In this document: piece by piece, positions 24,265 to 34,458 of the stretch
Position numbering within the stretch: the stretch's first letter is position 1
How the letters are laid out: every line of letters begins with the position of its first letter
Source: Fistulifera solaris
Taxonomy: Eukaryota
Assembly (NCBI GenBank): GCA_030295235.1
Contig: AP026149.1
Location: 310,001 to 374,000 of the forward strand
Direction: 5' to 3'
Length of the DNA: 64,000 bases
Translations under genes and position numbers: made by a program
The notes under the pieces: generated by a model
The model's database searches: none
Seen by the model: only the letters and a program-made list of their open reading frames with translations
Told to the model about the DNA's origin: nothing

Positions 24265-24587
24265 TCCAAGGCTGTTTCCTTAGTGTAGCGATGACGAGTC
24301 GGGTAGCTCTATGCTTTGTGAAATCGCAACAATAGCGGGTTTCAAGACACGAGCTCTTCCCTTCCCCATAGCAACGGCAATGACCGTATCGAAAAGCGGT
24401 ACGATGCAGTGTTACTCTTTTTCATATAGTTTATTCCCGTGTGGTCATAGTCTTATTTAAGTTGAAGCTAAGAGGAAAAAGAAAAAACAAACAGCTTGGC
24501 AGCGCAGCAGCATTCGGGAACAATCACTGCACAACACAACAGCCCCCATCATCCATTTTATTTGTAAGCGAAACAAGAACTTTCATC

Positions 24588-25567
24588 ATGTCATCATCGA
24601 ACTACGACGACAGCTACGTTCAGGACTTTCTGCAGTCGTTACGCGACGATTCCCCTTACGACAAACGCCGTCTTACGAAGGCAGAGACCCAGGCTTGCAG
24701 GAGGTACCTCAGTGCGCGAGTTGTCACAAACAACCGGCTAGTGGCTTACGCTGTTGTGCACGCTGTCATGCAGCTTGGTATTGCAGCAATGAGTGTCAAA
24801 AGATCACTACCACAGAATGCACAAGAGTGTGTGCTTGCCTCTTGCGGAAAGCCTAAAAGCTGTCAAACGATTGTCGCGACCCCTTCGCACGATGCTACCG
24901 GAATACGGGTTTGATCGCTTCTTTCGTGAACCCGAAAACTTTTTCGAGACGAGAGTGGGAGAATTCGGTCGGTTCTATGCGACGCAGGAGTATCTGGGGG
25001 CGCGCAGCGATTTAGTCGAAACTCTGTTCGGGCTGCCTACATGTTGGAAGAGAAACGCAACCACGAGAGAGCACTGTTTCACGCTTTGGAACCAATGAGA
25101 CTCGATGCGAGTGGGCAACACAAAACACGGCATGCGACTCCTTTCATTCTTTTAAACTTGCATCGCGATGACGATGCGTTTGATTTCATTCGCTACTGGA
25201 TGAAAGTCGGCAGCGTCAACGAAGAAACTATCGTTCCGCTATTGGTTCGTCATACTGGATCCAAGGAGGGAATCTAGATCTATCCGCGTGAGAAAAACTG
25301 TCGTTGTCTGGACATGTTCGAAGAATGTCATCAGGTAAATGATTGTGATGCGCCGTTGGCATGTTTGATGGACCTTCTCATCATCAAGCTTCGCATTGTT
25401 GCGACTTACGATGCCACGCGCCGATCTTTCGCTTTAGCCATTGATACTACGGGAGGTGAACGCATCTAAGAGGCTCGAGAAATAGTAAAGGATTGGCTCA
25501 TTGATGAAAGATTGGTGAAGATTGACCGTCAGCGGAAACAAGTCGAACGACTTCTTGATGTCATTCA
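24588..25567 (+). pseudogene. MYND zinc-finger pseudogene (copy 2), truncated at the 3' end
   Basis: The reconstructed CASC...CCARCHAAWYCSNECQKDHY...HKSVC and TPFILLNLHRDDDAFDFIRY match copy 3. It has several frameshifts plus nonsense codons TAG at 25275 (Trp in copy 3) and TAA at 25467 (Gln in copy 3). Homology stops abruptly at an AT-rich tract. Confidence 0.85.
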
Positions 25568-25885
25568 TATTTTTTTCTTTTAGAAAATTTATCAGACTAA
25601 CATTCGATATATTTGGTTTCTAAAAACAAATCAAATAATGTTGCTTTTAAAAATCATTGTCTTAAAGGCCTACGCGGACGTATCAAACAAGCTTTGCAAT
25701 TGACATAGCAAACTATCAGAAATTCTGTGACACAAACAAAATTTCTGTAAGATCAAAAACACCGTACCCAGATTTTGTGGAATACATACAGAAATTCTGT
25801 ATGAGCAAAAATACTTTATCCAGAATTTCTGAAACTTTCACAGAATTCTGTACTGGCACTGAGTTTATTTTTTACAGTAAAAAAT
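25568..25885. repeat. AT-rich insertion with repeated quasi-palindromic CAGAA(A/T)TTCTG motifs; probable transposon end
   Basis: Motif copies at 25717, 25789 (inside the palindrome catacagaa-a-ttctgtatg), 25821 and 25841. The tract ends in ttttttacagtaaaaaa and begins where MYND copy 2 is cut off. Confidence 0.5.
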
Positions 25886-25899
25886 TATACTACGGAGTA

Positions 25900-25983
25900 C
25901 AGGAAACGGCGTTAAAATTCTGCCTCTTCGTGGACGCTACGTAGAATCTTGTACTGGAGGCAGAATTTTGACGTCCTTTCCAG
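25900..25983. mobile_element. 84-bp hairpin (MITE-like) dispersed repeat, copy 2 (opposite orientation to 5126-5210)
   Basis: Aligns end to end with the reverse complement of 5126-5210, spacer included, with a few substitutions and one indel. Confidence 0.8.
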
Positions 25984-26064
25984 GTACCGGTACCACGTAC
26001 GGCCAGACTACATTCCAGTTCGCAGTTACTTCGATGGCAGTCGCTCAAACTATAACGTATACTC

Positions 26065-26396
26065 TAGACCTCTGTCCGTTCCCAGTTCACTCCAACAGGG
26101 AGGGAGTGAACAGGGATTTTGATCGAACAAGGAGTGAACTGGGAGCATTCCCTGTTCGAATTAATGAGTCCCGTGTACGAAATATGGTAGTCAGTCCCTA
26201 ATCCTTAACGCTTTAGACAAGAGATTTTCTGTTCATTCACCGCGCAAACAAGGGAATAAAGGCCTTTGAGTGCCGGTCAGACATCCACCCACTTATTCCC
26301 TGTTAAACAGGGAATTGGGAAAATGAACGAGGAAGGGAATTGAACTGTGATCCCAGTTGGGAATTCCCTGTTAAACGGAGAACGGACAGAAGTCTA
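26065..26396. mobile_element. Non-autonomous hAT-type DNA transposon (MITE), 332 bp
   Basis: 17-bp TIRs TAGACCTCTGTCCGTTC / GAACGGACAGAAGTCTA (1 mismatch). A perfect 8-bp direct repeat GTATACTC flanks it at 26057-26064 and 26397-26404. Multiple subterminal AACAGGGA/TCCCTGTT motifs. Confidence 0.88.
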
Positions 26397-26532
26397 GTAT
26401 ACTCGCTACTCGCACCGTTGGCAATGCCATGATGGATGACATGACAAAAAAGCCATACAACGAGCACGAACAAGAAACATAATTCTACCTGGTACCAATA
26501 CCGAAGCGCTTTCAGCCGTAACACCGACAGCA

Positions 26533-27655
26533 ATGGAAACAGCTCCGAACGCTTTGATCGTCCCGACCGTCCATGGAACTACTTTTATGGTCAAAATGCC
26601 GACGTACGAAGGAAGAGATCCATGTTTTCAAGAAGAACCTTGGTGTGTTCATTGTCACAGTAGACCGGCTTCTGGCTTGTTATGCTGTTCGCGCTGTCGT
26701 ACAGCTTGGTATTGCAACAACGATTGTCAGAAATCTCATTATAAGGCCGGGCATAAAACAATTTGCTTGGAAGTTGCTCGAGACTTGAAAGCTGTCGAAC
26801 GAGAGGCTGTTCGTCTTCGCAACTTTCGCTTCCAAAATCTATTCGAAACGCATGTTACTAACTTTAGTGAGGTGCAGGAAACAAAAGAATACATGACAGC
26901 CCGTTGGGGTTTAATGGAAACGTACTGAAGTCAAAGAAGTGTGGGAGAAGGTCCTTTTTCATTCACTCGCATTGCTGCGGTTGGAAATGTTTGATGTCAT
27001 GGAAATGCGTTATGTGACCCCTTTCATCCTCCTGGGTCTGCAACGGGATGATGACGCGTTTGCCTTTATTCGATACTTCATCAGTCTAGATTACCTGGGG
27101 GACGAAGCAATGGACGACTTGCAAGGCCGTTACGTGCAGTGTCAAGAAGGCGACTGGGTCTATCCGCGCGAGGAAAACTGTCGCTATCTGGACATTTTTC
27201 AGGGGTGTTCAGCAATGACGGAAGATTGCATGCCAACGGCCTTTCTGGTTGCAGTCCTTGTTATTAAATTCCGCCTTGTTGCAGCTTACGATGCTGCTCG
27301 TAGGTCAATCGATATTGCTTCTGAGACAACAGGCGGCCAGACTATACAAAAGGTGCAACAAGTTGTGAACGATATGCTGATAAATGAGAGTTTGGTGAAC
27401 ATCGAAAATCAAAGACAGCAAATCGAACGTCTTATAAACGTGATTCATCGCATCAATCCCTCAATGCTTCCGTCGATTCTCAATCCAAACCCACTTTTAA
27501 GACAGCATCGCCCACCACTGAGCACTCCAGGGGAACCCTCAGAAGCGCTGCACATACTTGTCTATTGTATACGGCCTCTCGTTCGCATACCAGGAGCGAC
27601 AGAAAAGCTTGAGCAACGCTTCGGAAAGATGCCTTCATACAATTCATTTCTATGA
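26533..27655 (+). CDS. MYND zinc-finger protein (copy 3, the most complete), interrupted near 26926 by a short frame-breaking deletion
   Basis: CVHC...CSRCRTAWYCNNDCQKSHYKAGHKTIC is a canonical zf-MYND. ORFs 26533-26928 and 26939-27655 are collinear with copy 2, which has about 5-6 extra codons at the junction. Confidence 0.75.
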
Positions 27656-28507
27656 CAAGGAGGTCCTTACTAATTATTACAGCAGGCTTTGCTAAAAGTG
27701 AAGCCAGCATTCTTATATCTTTATTATTCGTCCACGGCAGCGAGCCGAACGACTCGTAGAGTCATCTATAGAAACGACACTGTCTTGCTTCTTTCGAATT
27801 CCAACACGCTTCCTCTTATATCACAGAAATACCCAGTTGCCCATAGTGACTGTGAACCTTTAAGGAATGCCAATGTACTTCTTATTGCAACCATCCCTTT
27901 TATCTTGTTCCTTGAGCCACAACCATGCTGGAGCGTTGCTATGATGATTATCCTACTTGTTAACCACTCTTTTTGTTGCCATCGATCCGAAAAAGTTGAG
28001 GAGGAGAGAAAAGGTATCCATGGCGAGATGCTTCACAATTTACTTAAGTGTTTGGATCTTAAATATATAATCCCGTAAGAATCAGCTTTCGTATAGCAGG
28101 ATGTTGGGAAAAGTTCACAGGTTGCAGAGAGTTTTTCATGGGCAACGTCGTCATATTGAGTCAAACTGTCTCAGTCGACTCCCACCGATGTCATTCCAGC
28201 AAAAGGTTGATCATGAATACTCAGATTGGCTTACTTGCAGTCTGTTCAGATTTTCTGTTCTCCGTCGTAACATTCGGATGGATCGGATCGTCCATAGCCA
28301 AGGATCGTCATGGATGCGTACCGGTATCACTTACTACTGTAGAGTTAATATTTGGTACCGAGCAGACACATTTTCAGCAGTACTGAACGACGAACACAAA
28401 ATGCCAGAGACGATCGAACATGAGCGCACACGGGAAGAATCACTGCACGCATCAGTTCACTCTCACAAGACAGCAACGAACTATCATAACAACAGAAAGA
28501 AGAAATC

Positions 28508-28585
28508 ATGAGAGTTATTGGCGTAGACCCTCCCCATGATCCAGACAAAGCCCCCCCATACGAAGGAAAAGACCCGTTCTTTCAA
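28508..28585 (+). pseudogene. Very short 5' relic of the same MYND gene family (copy 4)
   Basis: Translates as MRVIGVDPPHDPDKAPPYEGKDPFFQ, matching DPDKRPYYEGKDPRLQ (copy 1) and PTYEGRDPCFQ (copy 3), then runs into a T tract. Confidence 0.65.
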
Positions 28586-28962
28586 TTTTTTTAGTCGTGG
28601 AAAAGTGCTTGATACAAAACTTTGAGGAAAGGGCGGAAAACCCCTAATCTTAATTATGATGACCACCAACACAAAACAATAATGAACGTCGTCAGTGAAG
28701 AGGAAAAAATTCTTATCATGTTGTTGTAGTAATGAATGCAATGCAATCAACCAACGATTTCAAATTGTAGAAAAGTTTCATTCATATCTAGCATTTCACT
28801 TTAGAGCTACACGATCCAACTTTCCCGACAATCGCCATCATTCCCTCTTTCCTCAACGTCTCGTTTCTGTTGTTCTTCGCGCACCTGTGCGTAGCCCACG
28901 GATACATCGTCCCTCGATTCTCTCGACAACCAAATTCGCCGTTTTCTTCGTATCATCTTACC

Positions 28963-29888
28963 ATGACATCATCGACCGAAGAAGCCAAGTCCGAGTTGAA
29001 TGCTGCAAGCCAAATCATTGACGGCAAAGCCATTGCGGCGCGCATTCGACAAGACATTGCGCAACAAGTTGCGGCACTGGCCGAAAAGAAACCGGGGTTG
29101 GCCGTCATTCTGGTAGGATCACGTCCCGATTCACAAACCTATGTAAACATGAAAAGAAGGCGTGTGAATCGGCGGGTATTGTGTCGTTTGGCTTCGATTT
29201 TGATGAAACGGTGACACAAGAAGTTCTCCTGGAAACGGTTCAAAAATTGAATCAGGACGATCGTGTGCACGGAATCTTGGTGCAATTACCATTACCGAGT
29301 CACTTGGATCAAGACACAATTTTGAAAAGTGTCCATCCGGACAAGGATGTTGATGGTTTGCACCCGACAAACGTGGCTGCCTTGCAAATGTACTCGGGTC
29401 ACTTTCTGGAGGCACCTTTTTCCATCCCCTGTACGCCCTTGGGATGTTGTGTTCTGTTGGAACAGTCGGCCGTACCCTTGCGTGGTGCGCATTGTGTTGT
29501 ATTGGGACGTAGTCAATTGGTGGGCTGGCCGATGGCTCGACTGCTGTTGGCGCAAGATGCTACCGTCACTGTCGTGCATTCGAAGACAAGGAACATTGAG
29601 GATATGGTTCGTCAGGCGGATGTCGTCGTGGCGGCCGTGGGTCGAGCCCAAATGGTCAAGGGTGATTGGTTAAAGCCAGGTGCAGTTGTCATTGATGTCG
29701 GCATCAATAGTGTCGATACGCCAGGTGGGAAGAAACCGTACAAATTGGTGGGAGATGTAGATTATGATTCGGCCAAAGCAGTGGCGTCGAAGATTACGCC
29801 AGTTCCCGGTGGTGTTGGACCCATGACCATTGCCATGCTACTTCGTAATACGCTGGCTTCGTTTCAACGAATGCAAAAGCAGACATAG
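28963..29888 (+). CDS. folD: Bifunctional methylenetetrahydrofolate dehydrogenase/cyclohydrolase; 1 frameshift near 29153
   Basis: Motifs [53 protein letters not shown] and [17 protein letters not shown]. Confidence 0.95.
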
Positions 29889-29983
29889 ACAGGTTTGTGT
29901 GGCACGAATGTTCCGCTAGGTATAAATAGTTTTTATTAATCGTGAAAAAGCACGGCGTGAGTTAGCCACTAAGCACTCGTATC

Positions 29984-31897
29984 TTACAACAGGAGACTTG
30001 CAGCTACTCCGACGAAGGCTGTGATCAACGTGCTGCCATAGAATACAGCAGTGGATCCACCTCCGCCTCCTCCGTTATTATTGTTGTCAGCGGTTGGGTT
30101 GGCCGCTGGGGTATCCTCATCGGTATCACCACTACTTCCGCCATCTTCATCAGAACCTCCGTCAGGATTACTCGAATTCCCTCCCACGTCTTCAGAGGGC
30201 GCTGCCACTGGAGTATCAGGAACTTCAATACCACAAACTTGAGCCAGCGTGGAGTTGACGGGAGATAGAGTGTCTGCTCTCAACTCTGGATCTTCCGGCC
30301 GGTGTCCTTGCAAGCCATAAAACAGTCCTGTGCCCATGCCACAAATTTCCATGACAACTTGGTGATCACTATCAAGAGGTTTAAGGGCGTCACTCTCCTC
30401 TCCAATCGGTCCGTCGTACAGCTGGGCAAACTCCACCATGTTGATGAGATCCGGCACTTCCACTTGCGCTTTGGAAACAACACTGTCCGTCTCGGAGTAG
30501 CAAAACTCAACGCTATGAATCCAATTGTATTCGGTCTGACCCAAAAGTGTCGGGTAGACAGAGGCGCTAGCGATGGCTTCACAAAGCTTGTCAATGGTAG
30601 TGGGTATTCCAGCCGTGGCCTTGCAAGGCGACCCGTTTCCACTACGAAGCTGTTCCTCATAAAATACGATCAGATTCGGGTTTAAAAAGTCGAGGACCGT
30701 AGCAGCACTGATCGCTCCCAGAGTGATATCCTCCTGCACCGTGGTGTTCTCCGTTGTTGTCACCGTGGTGTTCTCTGGCATAGCTACTGTAGTGTTCTCC
30801 GTCGTCGTGGGGACTGTCGCTGAGCCTTGGAGTTCTCGTCGGTTGGTCACATGAGTGTTGGTGTACTTGCTAACGATCTGCTGTTTCAGCGTGGGACTGA
30901 CTAAGTCCTGACCAGTGCCCGTGTTGACCAGATTCGGATTTCCCCAGCTGAACGAGAAAGCAGCCATTTCGAGTAAAGACTTCATTCGATCCGGTAAAGC
31001 TCGCCCGTTCGATGCTTCGACTACTGCCTGTACCAAATATTGATCCAAGTCCAGAATACCAGAGCCAGAAAAGACACGCAACACCAAGGTGCGGAATCGT
31101 CGGAAGCCTTGAGCGACTTCCATAGCACCAAAGGCTCCATCCTCAAAACCTTGTACGGTCACATGATCGAGATCCAGAGTTGTGCACGGTATTTCTTTCT
31201 CCAAATACTCTCTGACACGCAACCAGCTAACGAAAGCAGCTTGTTTGTATCCAGGGCCCCAAAACAAAGTCCGGTTCATCAAGGAAGTACCGTAACCCAA
31301 GTAATCCGGAATAATGGCGACACTTCCGGCACTCGCCGCCAACATGCTTGGAACGAAGGTAGAGAAATCAACTTGTCGCAAGGTAGCCGCACTATCCACT
31401 CCACTGAGAAAGGAGGTGAAATCCTTGGGCCATACGTTGGTGGGTGCTTCTTCCGGCGTGGCTACCGTATGCGACAAGGAAAGGAAAGTACGGAGTTCGT
31501 AGCCTTTGAGAATTTCTGTACCATTACTGTTGGGTTCGAGAGGAAACATGACCAAGGCGGATTGGAATTTGTCGTAGCCGTAAATATCTTCGGAACAGTA
31601 CGTCAACCAATCGGCAGGGAAGGATTCACCAAGTTCAATGTAGTAATTATCGATGAAGCGGCAACTACTGCATACTTTCATCACCATGAAATCGTATTTG
31701 GCCGGACGGAAAATAATATTGCGAGAGACTTCCGGATTGGCTACGAGAGGTTCGAGGAAAATGGCCGCCAAGTCGAGAAGTTGTTCTTTCGTGACAACCC
31801 CCAGAGATGTATCGCAATCGCTGTCAATCACGCCCTCCTGAGCAAAGGTCGTCGTCACAGCCAGCGCAGCGAGAGAAAGCCAGCTGATCAATCTCAT
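29984..31897 (-). CDS. Secreted, probably GPI-anchored alpha/beta-hydrolase (secretory-lipase-like) protein with a degenerate nucleophile motif
   Basis: Signal peptide MRLISWLSLAALAVTTTFA and a PDYLGYG motif. GFEDGA stands where GYSxGG is expected. It has ENTTV repeats, a Gly/Asp/Asn-rich linker and a hydrophobic C-terminal tail with no cytosolic residues. Confidence 0.72.
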   Translation of the reverse strand: MRLISWLSLAALAVTTTFAQEGVIDSDCDTSLGVVTKEQLLDLAAIFLEPLVANPEVSRNIIFRPAKYDFMVMKVCSSCRFIDNYYIELGESFPADWLTYCSEDIYGYDKFQSALVMFPLEPNSNGTEILKGYELRTFLSLSHTVATPEEAPTNVWPKDFTSFLSGVDSAATLRQVDFSTFVPSMLAASAGSVAIIPDYLGYGTSLMNRTLFWGPGYKQAAFVSWLRVREYLEKEIPCTTLDLDHVTVQGFEDGAFGAMEVAQGFRRFRTLVLRVFSGSGILDLDQYLVQAVVEASNGRALPDRMKSLLEMAAFSFSWGNPNLVNTGTGQDLVSPTLKQQIVSKYTNTHVTNRRELQGSATVPTTTENTTVAMPENTTVTTTENTTVQEDITLGAISAATVLDFLNPNLIVFYEEQLRSGNGSPCKATAGIPTTIDKLCEAIASASVYPTLLGQTEYNWIHSVEFCYSETDSVVSKAQVEVPDLINMVEFAQLYDGPIGEESDALKPLDSDHQVVMEICGMGTGLFYGLQGHRPEDPELRADTLSPVNSTLAQVCGIEVPDTPVAAPSEDVGGNSSNPDGGSDEDGGSSGDTDEDTPAANPTADNNNNGGGGGGSTAVFYGSTLITAFVGVAASLLL

Positions 31898-32525
31898 CCT
31901 TTGTTTGTATATTGTAAGCAGGAGGTTCACACAAACTTTTTTCCTTTGTGGTCATGTCAATCGAAACAACTCGGATCTTCGGCTTGCAATAAAATGCATC
32001 ATGCATCCTTTATGTCTTCCTATTTCCATTCGGACTTTCGATCTTACAGTAAAATTTTAGATAATGAAAAAGTTGGTTTGCAATCCAGGAGTCACAGTAG
32101 TCTTTAGCGGTGCGATTATACAGGCAAGACCCATGACAGTCATTTGCGACTATGACTGCAAGGAATGACCTCTTTTGTACTGTTTTAGAAGTGAGAATGA
32201 CAGCATGACCATCGCACAATCTACCCATGGTATGAAACAGGGACTCAGGTGATCGGGACTCGGGACTCAGGACTTGCTTACCTACATTCTAAAAATTTAT
32301 CTATACCAGGTAGTGTATAGGATTAGTCATACGTGAGCGAAATGTCTATGAACTACCAATCTATCATCTTTATACAAAACAAGTGCCTCATTGATGAGCT
32401 ATAAGAGATCGAAACATATTAAATAGGTTTTAACAATGACAAAGGCGAAAACCAGCATAAATCGTCTTTTGTGATTCTATTGTAAATGTCACTTGTTTAT
32501 TGAATTGAATCTCCCCTGTCCTACT

Positions 32526-33229
32526 CTATTCGACTCTCTTCCATAAAGCCAGACCTCCACCTCCTCCGCGGGCGGTCGCGATAGAGTCATCGGCGCTTAT
32601 CCAGTTAAAGAACGGTTTTCGTTTGTTCGTGACATTGTTTTTGCTCCCCAATCCTGATTTAGCGCCCAGTTCAGCTGCATCTTTCTGCCCCAGCTTGATA
32701 TCGAAAAGTCCAAAAGCGTTACTCGATTAAAGTCAAACTCGAGTTTGCGTGATTTAAGGCTAAATTCAAATTCGCCGCCAAACTTCAGAGCCGGAAAATC
32801 CCCGAAATAAATTCCATTTTCAATTTTCATGCCGTCCGTTCGAAACGATTGCACAGCCTTCAAAGGAAAGTAATTGATTCGTCCTCCCGTTCGTTTCTGT
32901 GTATCTTTTGTTCCTGTGGTAAATATCAAGCGCCAATCGCCATTCAAATTCTCGAGCACGGATTCCGCAATTTTAGGATCTTCTCGAGCCACTTGTCTCA
33001 TTTGCTTTTCGAGAGCACTCAAAGCATCAAAAACAGCCTCCGAGTCTTCTTGTTTCGTTTCAGCGGCTCGTTTGAGTAAGGCTAGGTTGTCCTCGAGTGA
33101 CGGCTCGGCCACGGTCGTTTCGGACAAACATAAAAATGATGATCGAGGAACATTCCTATTGTTAAGGGATGGTACAAACGCTTGCACACCCAGCGACAGA
33201 ATTAGAAAAAGAATTAAAGAGCGATTCAT
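32526..33229 (-). CDS. Plastid lipid-associated / fibrillin-like protein; 1 frameshift near 32710
   Basis: Presequence LGVQA-FVP and LNGDWRLIFTTG. After correction the C-terminus reads PFFNWISADDSIATARGGGGGLALWKRVE*. Confidence 0.75.
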
Positions 33230-34458
33230 TGTTTGTAAAGAAACGAATTTCGAAAGAAATGTCGTTGTTGTCGACCCAACAACATCAACATGTTGAGGTT
33301 TTTGCTCTTATGCAATGTCAATGGATCCAAATGATGACGTCACACAGTCTGTTGACTTATTTACAGAAAATTCAGTCCCATCATCTAGCAAATGACATTG
33401 TTACTCTTGAAATAAGCTAGGGTACTTGGAAAAAGGAAATTTGTTTCATGTTGCAAAATGTTGAAGGAAGGTGGTAAACCCAATGTTATAGAAACAAGTC
33501 AATGGATTTGAGTGGGAACAATTTGACGTTTATGTTTATAGATATTGTAGGACTGGTTCAACAGGTCAGTGGACGGAAAAGCTTAATTCACAGCTTTCAA
33601 CAAGGCCTTCAATACTATCGAAAAAGGCAGTTTTTCACGGACAGAATTTGACCACTATGCGTTTGGCCTTCTATAAGTTGTCCAATTATTATTCGATGGT
33701 CTCTAGTTTTCGCAGGGGGTTTCTACAATCGAAAATTGCCAAGACTTACCGCGTCTCGAAGCTTGTTTTGACGATCTTTGTTACTGTGCTAACTTTGGTG
33801 GTCATCGAGCATCGCTTGCTTCTATAAGGAATGGTTTAAACTCTTGGTACCCTCGTCGACCAAGATGAGAAATGAAAAATGAGGTTTGGCTTGCGCGTCG
33901 TATTATTATTCCAAACAAGTAAGATTTAACGGAAAAGCCAACGTGCGATAATTAAGGACTTAATTTGTCTTCTAGATATAGCTAGATCAGTACAATCCTT
34001 ACTTAAGAAATTTTTCGTACTCAAAGTATTTTTGTCCTTATCCAAGTAGAAACGCCTTGCGCCTCTCTTGTGGAGTTGACGCACGTGTCGCGCGCACCTC
34101 GAACGCCCGTCGGCTTTTAGAGGTTCTATTTGGCGAGCCAACAGACTCCGAGCAACGGGCAACAACAACAATGAACCTCGCGTGCATTCGCCTTGGATAC
34201 GCAACAAAACTTCGTGACCGCAACAAGTAATTCACTCAACCATAAAACACCAGACCAAGGTAAGCATTGAAAAAGCAATTGATCGGAGAGTTCTGTAAAT
34301 AGTGACTTCAGAGCCTCGCGGGGTGCATTGGTCGCTTGTGGGGTGAAATTCTTTTGATCAATCGCCTCATTTTTTAATTTCATTTTTCGAAAGAAAAGGT
34401 GCAACAGAGAAACATAAGGATCACAAAACGGTATCATAAGGAACAGAAAAATTAAATC

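Noticed and set aside
25700..26400. CRISPR-like array suggested by repeated short palindromic motifs
   Set aside because: The repeats are only 8-11 bp, irregularly spaced and in both orientations. The context is eukaryotic with no cas genes. They fit transposon subterminal repeats better.
31040..32107. 355-aa plus-strand ORF
   Set aside because: Mostly antisense to the lipase-like gene, starts at a non-ATG codon and has no recognisable motifs: a shadow ORF.
32239..32275. Repeated GGGACTC(A/G) words
   Set aside because: Only 3-4 short imperfect copies, with no terminal structure and no second locus in the window; treated as low-complexity sequence.
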